From the NCBI GenBank assembly GCA_013239625.1, contig MU053379.1, forward strand, positions 256,490-320,489: a stretch of 64,000 nucleotides of DNA, in the 5' to 3' direction. Below the pieces are notes generated by a model. It was not told where the DNA came from. It searched no databases and worked only from the letters and a program-made list of their open reading frames with translations. This document shows, piece by piece, positions 13,774 through 26,914 of the stretch (position 1 is its first letter; each line of letters starts with the position of its first letter). This DNA comes from Lama guanicoe (taxonomy: Eukaryota). A program made the translations under genes and the position numbers.

Positions 13774-14490
13774 TGTGTATAACAGTCTGTTTGTCCCAAT
13801 CATCCATCAGGAGACACTTAGGCTGTTTCTGTGTTTTAGCTAGTGTACATAATGCAGCTATGAACCTGAGGGTGCAGATATGTCTGAAACAGTGATTTCA
13901 TTTCTTTGGATATATACTCAGAAGTAGGGTTTCTTTTCATTTCTGGGAATTAGTAGATGGTATAGAATGTGGCAATTCTATTTTTAATTTTTTGAGCAAC
14001 CACCATGCTGTTTTCTACAGTGGCTGGATCTGTTTACACTCCTGCCAGTGCACAAGGATTCCCTCTTCTCCACGTCCTGGCAGCACTTGTCACCTTTTTG
14101 ACAGCAGCCATTCTAATGGGTGTAAGGTGACAGCTCCCTGTGACTGCATTTCTTGATGATTAGTGATATTGAGTACCTTTTCATGTACTCGTTAGTCATT
14201 TGTATATCTTCTTTAGGGGAAAAAAGTCTATCCATATCCCTTGTCCATTTTTAAAATCATATTATTTGGGGTTTTTTGCTGTTGAGTTGTATGAGTTCCA
14301 TATGTATATAGGTTAATATATATATATATATAAAATTCATTTTTTATCAGACATGGTTTGCAGACATCTTCTCCCATTCCATAGGTTGCCTTTTCATTTT
14401 GTTGATTTTTTTTTCTGTGCAAAAGCTTTTTAGTTTAATATAGTCCCACTTGTTGATTTTCACTTTTGTTGCTTGTGCTTTGGGTGACAT
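13672..14490 (-). mobile_element. LINE-1 ORF2 C-terminal / 3' region
   Basis: ORF 14347-14556 translates [42 protein letters not shown]1 ORF2p C-terminal segment. Confidence 0.9.
13737..13778. repeat. (TG)n microsatellite within L1
   Basis: about 17 TG units then an imperfect extension. Confidence 0.95.
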
Positions 14491-15455
14491 GGTCCTGCCT
14501 GAGTGAGGCTGCAGGCTCTGGTCAGCAGTCTGGAACAGCTGTGTGCTAGGCTCCATACTGGATGGGGTTGTCGGCCGGGCACTGCAGCTGGAAGTGCCAT
14601 ATGTGGGACCCCAAGACTGCTCAGAGGCACTGTTCAGGCTTCCTGATTATGTGGGGCCAGGGGCGATATGTTCAACAGTTGGGCAGGACTGCAAATTTGC
14701 TCCCCTGCCTGGGGGGGCCATAGGATGTGCCCTGCAGCTGGGCATCTGTGGCCAGGCTTCCCAGAAGTGTGGGGCTGGAGGCTATGCTATGCTGTTGGGC
14801 AGAAACATGCATTTGCCCCCTTGCCCAGGTGGGACTGCACAGTGGACTTCACAGAGGTCAAGCCCAATGGCCAGAGATCCCAATCAGGCAGGACTGCCAT
14901 CTGAGCTCCCTGGCTAAATGAGGCCACCAGCTCAGCTCTGTAGATGGGCAGACCCACCCTCTGGGATCTCTGCTCAGGCACCACGCAGGCAGGAGTGGGG
15001 TCCACCAAGATCTGAGTACCAGTCACTGTAAGCCCCTTGCCCCTTCTCCATCTCTATTTGATCTTCAAGGGTCTAGTCCAGTAGACTCCCCCAGCAGCCC
15101 CCATGAAGCTAGAGCTGAGTCAGCCTCTGGGAAGTGTCCTGCAGTCCTGAGGGCACTGGGTGCTCCTCTGTGACTCTCCTCTCCCACTGGAGGAGCCACG
15201 GGCCCGGGGTTGCATCTTAGGGCAGCACTGTGCCAGCCTAGGACAGGGGCGTTGCCGTGCAGCTGCCCTTCTCACCTTTCTCATGCCTCCTTCCCAGTGT
15301 CTATAGTCCAGGGTGTGCTGCAGCCTAACCTCCATGTTCTGGAGCTTCCGCAGTTGCGTCTTGTCTGTGGATGGTTGGATAGTTGCTAGTTGGTCTTCTT
15401 GTTACGGGGACTGTGTTGGGAACCACCTGTGTTGCCGTGTTAATGATGTCACTCC
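14491..15455 (-). mobile_element. LINE-1 5'UTR (GC-rich internal promoter relic)
   Basis: GC-rich; ends gccgtgttaatgatgtcactcc, a decayed form of the L1M 5' terminus gccatcttgctgacgtcactcc. Confidence 0.65.
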
Positions 15456-17612
15456 TGGCTGTCCATTATTTGTGGAACTTACTTCACCCAGAACTTTTAG
15501 AGTGCACATCACGTTCATTTTAGAGGCCCCCTAGTTATGCCAACCTTATTTGGCCTGTTAACCTTGGATGGTGGGGATGTTGGAGGAGTTTGCTCACAGG
15601 GTGAGCTCTTATTCTCAGCTCCAGGGTAGATCTTTATTTTTTAATCATAAAATTTCTTAAACCCATAAATCATTTAAGCAATACGGAAATGAAAAAGATA
15701 AAGGTCCTTATAATTGGATTTGGAATTAAGATTGGATAAGAGAATGGAATGGAGTAATATTGAACTACGTCAATCATATCCATTACTTGGTAATGAGAAG
15801 CAGTAATTTCACATTTCGACTCAGCTGCCTTAATGTGGCACAAAAATGGCAGCGCTAAACTAATCCCACAGTTGAATAGGAAGCCTCCTCTTGGAAACTT
15901 GACTGTGAAGGTAAGGGAAAGAGCAATGGTTAGATGGGTCTGCATAGTTGAGAATGTTTAACTTTTTTGTCGTTATTCTTAATTAAAGATGACTCTTGGG
16001 ATATGTGAAAGCTGAGAAGAGGGAAAATCTTCCAACACAACTGGGATTAAATCTGCAGATGGCAAGCAAAAGAGCCAAACCCACTCCCGCCCTTCTGCTG
16101 TGCAGGGCTGATGTTCCTGGCTTTCTTTAAGGTGCCAGATGGAAACCACTCTTGAGCAACCCTCCTTGGTGACTCACTAGCTCATTATCCCATGGCTAGC
16201 TCATGAATTTATATACTTTGTCATTTGATCTGATAAATTCTCTAGCACATTCGGACCTGATGGTCCATTTTATTGGCCCCATCCATTGACCATCAAGTGT
16301 GGTGTTTAACTTAGGAGATACTTCCAATGCCTTGTGAATATTTTTCTTTTATATAAAGGCAAGCTAGTCATACGAAAGGAGGGTAAAGGCTTTTGCTTCT
16401 GTGATGTCTAGAGTTCCAGCAGTGTGCATTCCCTTAATAAAGCCAGATGCATCCTCTTGCACTTGGCTCATGCCTGATCAAAGCGACTCAGAGCTGTAAT
16501 TTTAATATGCCAATTATTTTCTAAAGCAAAACATAAGATTGCTTTGTATGCAAGAAAGTAATTTGTCTACTTCAGATATCATAGATTCTTTGCAGTGAGT
16601 ATGAATTTTTATTCTCCAATAAAGCCATTTGTATTTACAAGGTCATAGCTTTGGTATTGCTACAGAAGTTTTGGCCCAAATAAAATTTGTGAATTATTTC
16701 CTATAAATCATTATCACATTGTAGATCTGTCAGCTGTATTGAATCATAGGAACTGTATATGACCGGGTAGTTTTATGACCCATAAGCAGAGGCCGGCCCA
16801 TTGGCACACATCAGTTTATGTATAGTTAGCAGTGGAGAGCTTCATAAAGAAAGAGATAAACCTGGTTCAGGCTTTAAAATATTATACCACACATTTACTG
16901 GCTCTTTTAAGCATCACTTACGAGCTCCCTATTTTTGAAATAATAGGGACTCTCCCACTTTAAACTAAATGGTTTTTTAATTTTATTTAAAATATTTATA
17001 AATTTTGGGGAGAAATGAGTAAAAATTACCGATAAAACCACCCACCCTAAAGACAGAAAACAGCTAACATTTTTATTTTCCATAGAGTTTGATAGTAATG
17101 ATTGGAAGTAAAAATCTATTGTATTAGAGAAGGGCATTGTATTTGGTTAGAACACACATATAAAATACAAGTGGTAGGTTGAATTGGGTTTGGGAATGTG
17201 TGGAAATGGTCTATGTGTGATGGTACTAGAAAACGATACGTGTTTAGAAAGCACCACATTAGGAGAAACAGATAAGGAGGAAGAGATGGCACAAAATTTA
17301 CATTTTTTAAATTTACATTTTTGAGAAAAGAAAGGAGTGAGCCAATAAATCATTTGGGTTCAACCAAGTGAAACAGGGGTCTAGGTAGGATGGAACGGAG
17401 CAGGTACAACAGGTTTTGCCCCAATTAGGGGCTCCTCTTGGGCAATAGTAACACAATGAGAAATGTCACACACATTTGAAGTAAACTGACTGGGGCAAAG
17501 GCATGTGTGTTCCAGAAAGTTCCACCTGGGGGAAGACTAGGGACAAAGCTTCAGAGGGGTTTGCTCAGAAGGAAAAGGAGATCGCAAGTAGGAATGGACC
17601 TGGATTCTCAGT

Positions 17613-17957
17613 AAAATAAGTCCTGGGAGTGTATTAAGTCCTGAGGTGTAACGTGCTGGTTTTGTTTTCCCTGGGAGTGTAATGCAACAAAGTGATAAAT
17701 ACTATTAACACTGATGTATTTACGCATGAAAGCTGTTAAGAGAGTAAATCCTAAGGGCTCTTATCACAAGGAAAGATATTTTTTCTATTTGTTTAATTTT
17801 ATGTCTATATGAGATAATGGATGTTCACTGAGTTTATTGTGATAGTCATTTTGTGATGTAAGTCAAATCATTATGCTGTACACCTCAAAGTTACACAACA
17901 CTGTGTTATATCTCAGTCAGTTATAATTCAGCAAAACTTGAGCAAAAAATAAAAAGA
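17613..17957 (+). mobile_element. LINE-1 3' end (L1MA9-like)
   Basis: gaaagctgttaagagagtaaatcctaagggctcttatcacaagg...tcattatgctgtacacct...aaaaaataaaaag; the cctgggagtgta motif is locally duplicated at its 5' end. Confidence 0.8.
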
Positions 17958-19764
17958 ATGTGATTTATCCTGTTTCAAAGGGTACATGGTACAGAAAATA
18001 GAGTCACAAAGGAATCATATTAGCACATTTTCTTAGGTATTGAACCTTAATCTCCCTGGGATTGCAGCCATAGATGATGCTAAGGATAAAGAGTCATGAA
18101 TAAGTGGGAAAACCAAACTTTTCTGTGTGTATATTATGACTGCTGCTGTGAAAACCAACCTCTGACCTGGAGGTACCAAACATCCTTGATGAGGTAGAAA
18201 TGTGAGCTGGAAGCATCACACAGGACTGCTGGGTGGAGGGGCCTCTACCCTTTGGAAGCAGACTGTCCCCCAAATGAGGACCCCTAGGGGAACATGCAAT
18301 GCACACAGGTGTCAACATCAGGATAGAGATCCTTTGAGCCTTTGAGGCCCGGTGTCTTGACAAGAAGCAGACCTTCCTGACTCACTCATAATACCCAGGC
18401 TCTACCACATAGACCCATTCACCACCGTTTGATGGCAGAGAACCGAATAATTCTAAGTATCCATTGAATGTGTGAGAAAAATAGGCAGTGATCGGACCAC
18501 AATGGCCTTTTCCAAACCCTTTCTCTTCCATCATAAATGGCCTTTAGTCAGCCTATGATTGTTATTATGATTGTAAACTCAAAACACTCTATGTAACATG
18601 CTGATTTTGTTTTCTGTGAAAACATCTCCCTGGCTCCAGCAAAGCCCTCAGAACCAGGAACTCTAAACGCAGTAGAACTTTGCACTGAGACGCCAATTAG
18701 AGAATGATTAGGCATGGGTGACCTTCATGCTGGAGAAGTAATTTAATAATAGTATGCTCTGGCTTGGGGCTGTTTACTGTAATCCAAATAAAGAAAGCAT
18801 TTTTACAACTGAGTGACAACATCCCAGATTCACTCTGGAACCCTCCTTCTATGGAGACCTAGACGATAAAGCTCCTAACTATAATCTTTATAAGACCCTC
18901 CATGTGGTCTCTTTCACTGACAATTGCAAAATGTCTCTCCTCTTTATGTATTTTTATACATCCGTCCAATTAAAGAAATGTAGTGTCTTGGAATGCAGTT
19001 TAAGTCTCCTTCCATTTTCACCCCAGTTGAAGGTGATTTGTTGATGAAGACCAGATAATGAGACCCATAATTTTCCTATAATATTGCAAAGCAAGTGAAA
19101 ACAGCTTGTTTTGAAAGTTTGTTACTAATTATTTCATAAACCAAGGCCATTTGTTTCCTAGAGATTAAGAAAATACAATAAATAGGAAAATGTGGGGGTA
19201 CTTATAGAGAGAGTAGCTTGAATAAAACTTATTAGGGTCACATCTGTAAGCTCTTGCAGCCAGCTATGAGATAAGAATTTGGGAGTTTGATGGACAACAG
19301 TGACGAGAGAGGTGCTTAGCACCCAGACAGGGCTTGTCTCTTCTGTAACATAGGAGTTGTAGATCTTTTAATCTCACCAGAAGCACCAGTCCATTGCCTT
19401 GACAATTACTCTCAAGGTCCTCCCAGTCCTCTGTGGAATTTACAAGTAGAGATCACCCTACGCATTACCAAAACAGCAAGCAAAACTGTACCTCCAACCT
19501 CCCCTTCTCCATGATGATGTCAGTCTGGGGAAAAAACACTCACTATTGTCTCCATCTGCGTGTGCTTGAGCCCCTGTTGGGGTGGGTGGCTAACTTCATG
19601 TTTTATGCTATACTCTGTAGTAGGTATCACAACATCAGGTGACAATTTTATGCTCTAGATGTTGTCTGTTTAAAAATAGCCCTTGAAACTCAGCAATTAC
19701 CTTTATTAGTGAGTTTTTAATTTTGCTTTTTTGTTGTTGTTGTTTGCTTAATTTTCTGCTCTTC

Positions 19765-20331
19765 TGTAGTAGGCAGAATTTTAAGATGGTCTCCAAGATT
19801 CCTGGCCTCTAGTCTAAATGTCCTGTGTAACCCCCCCTGCCCCCAATCTTGATTGTGGATGGGACATGCAAATATGGTGGAATATCCCTCCTGTATATAG
19901 GTTGCATTATGTGGCAAAGGTGAAGAGACTCTGAAGATGTAATTAAGGTCACTTTGTGTGACTTTGGGTTAGTGGAAGGGAGATTATCTGTGGTGGATGT
20001 GACCTACTCAGGTTCTCTCTTAAAAGCAAGGTTAGAGGTTACAGACACATGAAGTCGGAGAAGCCTGCACTTGCTGGCTTCAAAGAGGATGAAAACTGCC
20101 AGGAATTCTATAGCTGCAAGGGATTGACCTTGGCCAGCAACTTGAGCGATCTTGGAAGAGATCAAGGATCAGATGAAACTGCAGCCCTGGCTGCCACCTC
20201 AGTTGCAACCTTTGAAACCTAAGCAGAAGCTGTGCCCAAACTCCTGACTTGCAGAAACTTAGATAATAAATGGGTCTTGTTTTAAGATGCTAAATGCTGT
20301 CATTTGCTATACAGCTACAGAAAACTAACCT
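19765..20331 (+). mobile_element. MaLR solo LTR (MLT1E-like)
   Basis: tgtagtaggcagaattttaagatgg...gatgtaattaaggtc...gataataaatggg...ttttaag...gaaaactaa. Confidence 0.85.
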
Positions 20332-20389
20332 GCCTCCTCTCTTACACATGGGTTCACACACATGGTCTAAACCAGCCCCACTTATTCTC

Positions 20390-20610
20390 TTTTTTTCCAG
20401 TTTCACTGAGATTTAATTGACAAAACCGCAAGATATTTGAAGTGTACGCCATGATGATCTGATATATTTATACATTGTGAAAAGATTCTAGTCAGCTATC
20501 ATCTCTATCACCTCACATCTATGCTGTGTGTGTATAAGAACATGGAAGTTCTAGTCTCTTGAAAAATGTCAATTATGCAGTGCAGTATTACCAATTATAG
20601 TCACCAAGTT
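20390..20610 (-). mobile_element. LINE-1 3' end (L1MA9-like)
   Basis: cagtttcactgagatttaattgac...gaagtgtac...atgatgatctgatat...attatagtcacc. Confidence 0.75.
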
Positions 20611-21950
20611 CGTTTGGTAGGGAGTTCTCATTTTGAAAATCTCCGCCCTTTCCTATGGTGAGTGAAGAAGGGCTCCCCTTCCCCTGCTTGGGTACCTCTG
20701 CCCCAGTCTCAGTGGTAAGCAAGGTGCCCCTCAGCTCGCTGAGACATCTAAGGGCTCCAGATACACACCTCAGAGCCAGTGTGAGTTATTGAGATCCACA
20801 CACAGCAGGAGACACAAAAGGGGGTGATGAGGAATGGAACTGCACACTGGAATTTAGTCCTTTGCGTGTCCCTCCTCATAATCCAGGCTGCTCTCATGAC
20901 TCCCACATGCTTATCCTTCTTTAGGCCTTGAGCACCTGTCTGGCCTGCCTGCCTAGGCCAGACACCTTGAAGATTTGCTTGTTAGAACTGCCAGCACGCC
21001 AGGGTCCCGCCCTCTGACTAAGCCCATGACCATATTGTATAAAAGCAGGGCCTTTGAGAAATAAAACTTCGCCTAATGAGGACAACCCACCAGGTAGATG
21101 TGCGACAAGTAAGGCCCACAGGTAGGGCCAGAAAAAGCCCACCCATCACAGTTACAAGTGAGAGCTCCGGAGTCAGCCTTGAAACTGAATTTGGGCTAAG
21201 GTGTCTTCTGTGAACCTGTATGCAGTGCTCTGTTCTGTGTTTTGTGGTCTCCCAGTCTATAAAACAAGGTGCTACATCATCAGTAGGTGGGGGATCGAGG
21301 GAAATGATGCACGTGACACTCTTGCTCAGGATGGTGGGGTCGCTCAGGGCATCTTCACTAACTTGCTGGTTCTGCTTCGACTCATTCCCCCAACTGCATC
21401 CTTCCAGACCTCAGCACCTGGAGGACTTCATACCTGGATCTGTCTGACCCTGGACATTGGTTTTCTCAAAACCAGGGTTAGGAAACCATTGCTTTGATAG
21501 CTGCCTGTCCCAATAGATAGCAAAGTCATGGAGATGGAAATACACAGAAGCTATATTTATAAATGAGAATTGTAGCATGAAGAAAAAAAAACACACACAT
21601 ACACACACGCAAATGAGGACATTCCGTGAAAGTGGTCAAAAATCAGGTCAGTCACTGGTTCCATTGCCACATGAATCTCCTTTTATTTTTCCAAAGAGCT
21701 GACTGTCCTCCAGACTCCCCCCAAGGACCAAAGGATTTGTACACTGGAGCCACTGAGTCACCCTGCAGTCACCTTGCTCTGTTGTGGGTTTCCACCTGAG
21801 CAATTTGGAGACATTCGGAGAAAGACTGTCTGTCCAGCTGTGGTGATTTTTCAAAAGCCTCTGGACAAAATGAGGAGATCAGTTGTGGCAGTAACTTTCA
21901 GCATAGGGTTTATTCATCTCTATCGACTGTGATTATCAATCGCTCTGGAG

Positions 21951-22820
21951 GGAAGTTCTTTACCAGGAGTCCCCAGATCCATAAATAGAAGCCAGGGAGG
22001 TCTTTGAACTTGGATTGAAAGAAGCTTCTATTTTCCTGACTGATTTTTCGCATTTCCCTCTAATTGAAAGCTTAGAGGCAATCCACAGCAGTATTATGTG
22101 ATTTTGCTGCTAATGGAAGTCACACATTTTCATACTACATTTTAGTTGTTGCAACTCACAAAATATCATTTATGCCCACCACCACTTCAAAATTGGTATA
22201 ATTATACATTAGGGTAGTTAGTATTCATAAGAAAACACCTCCTTGTAAGGAATGCATAATTACAATCTAATCATAAGAAAAATCAGATAAACCCAAACTA
22301 AGGGACATTCTAAAAATAACTAACAAGTATTCTTCAAAAGTGTCAAGGTCACAAAAGATACAACAGCTACATGTAATGTGGGACCCTGGACTGGATCCTG
22401 GAGCAAAAAAGAACATTGATGGACAAACCAATGAAATCCGACTAAAATGTACAGTTCCGTTCAGAGAATTGTGCTAATGTTAATTTCTTAGTTTTGATGA
22501 ACGTACCTTGGTTATCTAAGTTGTGAACATAAGGGGAATCTGGGTGAAAGGTGTATTGCAATGCACTATACTCTTTTTTGCAACATTTCTGGAAGTCTAA
22601 AGTTATTTCAAAATAAAAGTTCAGAAGGAATTACATTTGGGAACTGAAGGAAAAATATAGAGCCACATATATTACTCTATCACAATTCGTTTTTATAATA
22701 TTTTTATATTTATTTTCCTTTGAAACCCTGTTTATTTTATGACTTAAAACTTAATCCCAAGAAGGGGCTCACTGACTCCCTCAGACAGCCAAAGGGATCA
22801 TGGCACAAAGAGATGAAGAA
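21951..22820 (+). mobile_element. Charlie4a-like hAT element, interrupted by an L1 fragment
   Basis: tgaacttggattgaaa...agttgttgca...aaatatcatttatgccc...ccacttcaaaatt; resumes cacatatattactctatcacaa...cagacagccaaagggatcatggcacaaag. Confidence 0.7.
22220..22622 (+). mobile_element. Old LINE-1 3'UTR (L1MC/L1ME-like)
   Basis: aatctaatcataagaaaaatcagataaacccaaactaagggacattcta...ctggactggatcctgg...aagtctaaagttatttcaaaataaaagtt. Confidence 0.85.
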
Positions 22821-24231
22821 AACAGAAGGGTGCAGATACCAAATGCCAAAGTGACTGGATTAAAATCTATTGGAAACAAGTAACCAGAGCAATCTCTTCA
22901 CTTTGGCTTTATTTTTGAATGAGTTGGTCTGAATCCAAGGTATTTTCTTTAGCATTCTTCAGTTCCCCTCTACAGATGTGTCATGGAGGGAAGCTGACCT
23001 TGAATGACAGGCAAGACCAACACACTGAGGGCTTCTGTCCGTGAGCCACACCCCCATTCATTGGACAGTCACGTCCTCCCCCTCTCCCAGCACAGCACTG
23101 CAGAAAAGTGCTCATCTTTCTCCATCATCGCACATTTGTTTTGAGCTTGGGTCGAGGTTTAAATTATTAATCACTTCCTGGGGTATTTGTTTCTCAAATC
23201 AGTTCCAAACCACTTTAACATGCACACACAGGCTTTGTCCTTCTGCCAGGCAATTATGCAAAAACAACCTTGTAGATGTTACTGGCCACCTCTGCAGGTG
23301 CCGGCGATGGAGCCAGATCCACAGAGGAAACTAATTGGAAACAACATGTCAAGATGCTTTTAGGGATGGGTATTTATTCAAATGGCTGCTTGACACAAGA
23401 GGCAGAGAGGAGGAAAGAACAGTGCCAAGGAAGAAGGGTGCGGGAGGAATGTGGCCGCAGCATCAGGTCTACTCCAAAGATGGCTACAAAGTCTCCCCCC
23501 GCAGTGAGGGGTGGGCATCCGGGTACCAAACCCACACCCTCTTCTCTCCTTTTCTGAACTAAAGAGGCCATGGAACCCTTCCTGGAATGAACTTCAGTGG
23601 CTCAAAATGGAAACATGGGTTTGCTGTGCAAAAATAACTCTTTCGAAATAATCTAACAAAATCAAATGAAAAAGTATAGTCGGTTTTAAAGGAATGAATT
23701 ATCGCTTGGTCAATGTGTACAGAAGCAGAGCAATCTTAAAGCACTGCTGTCAGGTGACACGGTGTTGGTTCACAACCCCTCCCTAGGTGGGGTAGACACC
23801 TCCACCCAGCCTTCCCGAGCAGGGATACCACAGAATCATAATCATGCCTGTGTTTCGCCAGATAAACATTCTGATGCTGCAACTGTAGGTACCATTACCA
23901 TCTGTGAGAACTGGAGAGGTTCCTACAAGATTCAGAACCGAGAATTGCCCAAGGGAAGTCTTAAAAGCAGAACTGAACATAAATGTTCAGTGAGGGTTTG
24001 GAAACTTCTCATTTGGAGACCTTGAGGGAGGTATCTGGAGTTGTGCCTGGTAATTTTATTTGGGTATGAAAAAAGGTTTAGGACTTTCCAGTTCCCCAGC
24101 AACCTTACATGCCATGGGGCTCTATAATCTGTCTATGTGCTTTCCCTCTTGAACAGAATTAAAAACAAGGCAAGCGGATCTTGCATTTCCTCCAAGGGAC
24201 TCCTGAACTACTGAATGGAAGTGAAGGTGGG

Positions 24232-24335
24232 TCACTTGCAAAGTGCTGGACACGGAATTAAATGCTTTACAAATACTATCTCCTTTAATCCTTGCTATGC
24301 TCTTGGGAGTTGGTTATTGTCTCATTTTACAGAAA
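24232..24335 (-). mobile_element. MIR fragment
   Basis: aatgctttacaaatactatctcctttaatcct...tctcattttacaga. Confidence 0.65.
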
Positions 24336-25039
24336 TGCATGCGTTTTTTGGGGAATAGGGTTTGTATTTAGTACCAAGCCACTGCCTCCTAGCCCCTGTC
24401 TTGAACTTGGCACTTCAAGTCCTGATCTGGTTGGAAATTGTGAATTTCCTTTAAAAGCAATCCATATTGCTTTCCCTTAAGAAAATCATCACATAAATAT
24501 CTTCAAAGAGGAGGTGCCACAAAACACAGCATGTTTAAAAGTGCAGGATTTATTTCTTTGTGCAAATTTGTCATGAAAAATCTTTCAAAAGAATATGTTA
24601 CAGAAAAGTTAAAGAACCTGTTAGTTTATGACAACAAGTGTGAAAATATTTCCAGGTCATTCAGGAAGATTTTAACTGAGAAAGAGGATATCTCTGAATT
24701 AATTAACACAGGGTCATAAAAATGGTGCCATTTCTGAAATGTTGGTGCTGAACAGTGTCACTGTAATGAGGTAGGAGATTAAGCACCAAGTTAAGAACTC
24801 CTGCCAACTCTGGAATCAATAGAGGGTGATGGATGGTTGGGAAGTCCACTCAGGGCAGCAAATGTTGGCACTGTTCTAGGAAGCTTCCCTGGGGGCCAGC
24901 CCAGGGTAACAGGTAGAGGGCTGAAAAGGGGGACCTTCAAACCCAGGGTCAAGCTTCAGGTCTGGAGGCATCAAGGGCCCTGGTAGGAAGACCACAAAAT
25001 TTAGCTCTTCTGCCCTTCTCTGCTCGGGGGACCCTTAAT

Positions 25040-25275
25040 GTTGTGATTAGCAGCATAGGATTTGGAGTTTAAAGAACTGTGTTCAAATCTCTGCTGTGAC
25101 ACTTCATAGCTATGCGATGTTTGGCAAGTCACTTCACCTCTCTGATTCTTAATTCTTCATTATAAAACAAGATTTTAACACCATCTACTTCAGAATTTCA
25201 TGTTTAATTACTTAACATATGTAAGGAACTTGGCATATTTCCTGGCACATAACAAGTGTTCAATGAACAGTAGCA
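25040..25275 (+). mobile_element. MIR SINE
   Basis: gttcaaatctctgctgtgacactt...ttggcaagtcacttcacctctctg...cctggcacataacaagtgttcaatgaa. Confidence 0.85.
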
Positions 25276-25894
25276 ATGCTCCCAGCCTAATGCTCCACAT
25301 TGGGCTGGAGCTAAAAGAACAGAACTTCTAAATTCACAGAAGTTAGACAGGATACACAAGTGGACAAAATGTCACAATGTGTCCATTCCATAGAAGTCAG
25401 GTTAACACAAAAAGTGTAAAACATCATAAGCATATTTCCTGATTAAGTATTTTATGTGCTACTTCATTGTAGTAAACGGAAAAAATGTCCAAGTGAAAGA
25501 ACTTTCACAGGTTCACAAACAGCCTTTTATCCCATGAAGTCTAAAGTTCCTCAGCTGATACCCTTAGGAGAACACAATCCTTGAGGTTGGAGAGAATGCA
25601 ACATCAACTGCCCTCAAGGAAATTACAGCCAAGGGCTAAACCCACACTCAGGAAGGATAGAAAATTCTTCCTTCAAAATGCTTGTATGACATTAGATCTA
25701 TCTTTACATTTTTCTTCTCTAGAATGATTCTGTTTTCCTTATAATCTTTTTTATGTGTTTTTATGGAATAAAACATTTGTTTATTACTACTGAGCAATAC
25801 ATTTCTTAGGACAGACCAGTCTGGCAAAACTTTCACAGATACCTGCAAGAATGGCTGATTGGTTGTGACCCCACTGGTCTGAATCAGTGACACC

Positions 25895-25975
25895 CATTCA
25901 CTATTTAACAGACATTTATTGTGCACCTGCTAGGTTCTAGGCACTTTGCAGATGCACAGGGTAAAGAGACGAGCC
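25895..25975 (-). mobile_element. L2 3' end
   Basis: cattcactatttaacagacatttattgtgcacctgct...ggcactttgc. Confidence 0.65.
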
Positions 25976-26029
25976 AGGGTAACCGTCCTATCCTGTAACA
26001 TCCCTTCCAACGGGCAATATGGAACAGCG

Positions 26030-26255
26030 CTAACAGCAAGCGGCTACAAGGTGCATGCTGTGTGCCACGCGTCATCTGGGCTCCACCCCCTACAGCCAGG
26101 GCAACCACCCCCTGAGATAGGTGCTGTTGCTCACCCCTCTTACAGAGGGGCAGAGAGGTAAGGGAACCTGCAGGATCCCACAGCCAGAAAGCCGCAGGGC
26201 TGGAATTAGAACTCCGTGGTCTTGTTGTGGAATCTAAACTCAACCATCAGGCTAT
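26030..26255 (-). mobile_element. MIR SINE (GC-shifted)
   Basis: cctgagataggtgctgttgctcacccctcttacagaggggcagagaggtaagggaacctgc...cacagccag. Confidence 0.6.
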
Positions 26256-26914
26256 GCCTCCTCCTTAAAGGAGAAAAGCAGCTGGTAAACAAGGAGAGTT
26301 TTCAAGACTGATGGTATCGTGAAGTGATAACCATTACAAAGAAATTACAGGGAACGTTGATAGGGGAGGTCAGTGGTGACTTCTCTGTGGGGCACGTTCG
26401 CCCTGAGGCGGGGGATGAGCATCACCCCGGGAGGTGTGAGCAGAGGGGCACTGGGGCAACGGAGCACAAACAGCAGTACGACAAGGGCTCCAAAGTGGAG
26501 ATAAGGTTACTGCAAACCAGAAGGCCAGAGGGGCGAGAGCATTAGAACCGCGGTCGGGGGGGTCTGAGAGCCAGCAGGGCCCTGAGGCTCTTTGCCAGAG
26601 GTGTGTGAGCCCTTTCACGTGCTGGGGACATCACTCAACACAGTTACCGAGATGAGGCCCTGGAGTTCCTTTATTTTGTCTTGTGAGGAGAAAGCCATCC
26701 TATTCTTGTTACTTTTGACATGGACACACCCTGTGAGGAGCAAGCCCTTCTCCCTGCATTAATCACCTGACCACAGTTCTCTGCCCTGGGGACGCACTTC
26801 CACCAGCCGACTGACCAAGCCACAGCTCCTTGCTCCACAACACAGGGATCACCTGTTGTTCTCTCACCATTCTTGTCTCTGCACCCAGAAATATGTGCTG
26901 GGAGGGAAGGAACA

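Noticed and set aside
14491..15455. GC-rich block as a CpG-island gene promoter
   Set aside because: CpG-depleted and ends in an L1 5'-terminal motif; explained as an L1 5'UTR.
11447..15472. Possible TSD joining the 11461 L1 tail to the 15455 L1 5' end
   Set aside because: Only loose similarity (cctaggtagactattattt vs cctggctgtccattattt), and an apparently older L1 plus unique DNA lie between.
21018..21410. 130-codon stop-free minus-strand frame (GLEGCSWGNESKQNQQVSEDALSDPTILSK...)
   Set aside because: No ATG near its start, no convincing splice-site pair, no recognisable domain; length is compatible with chance.
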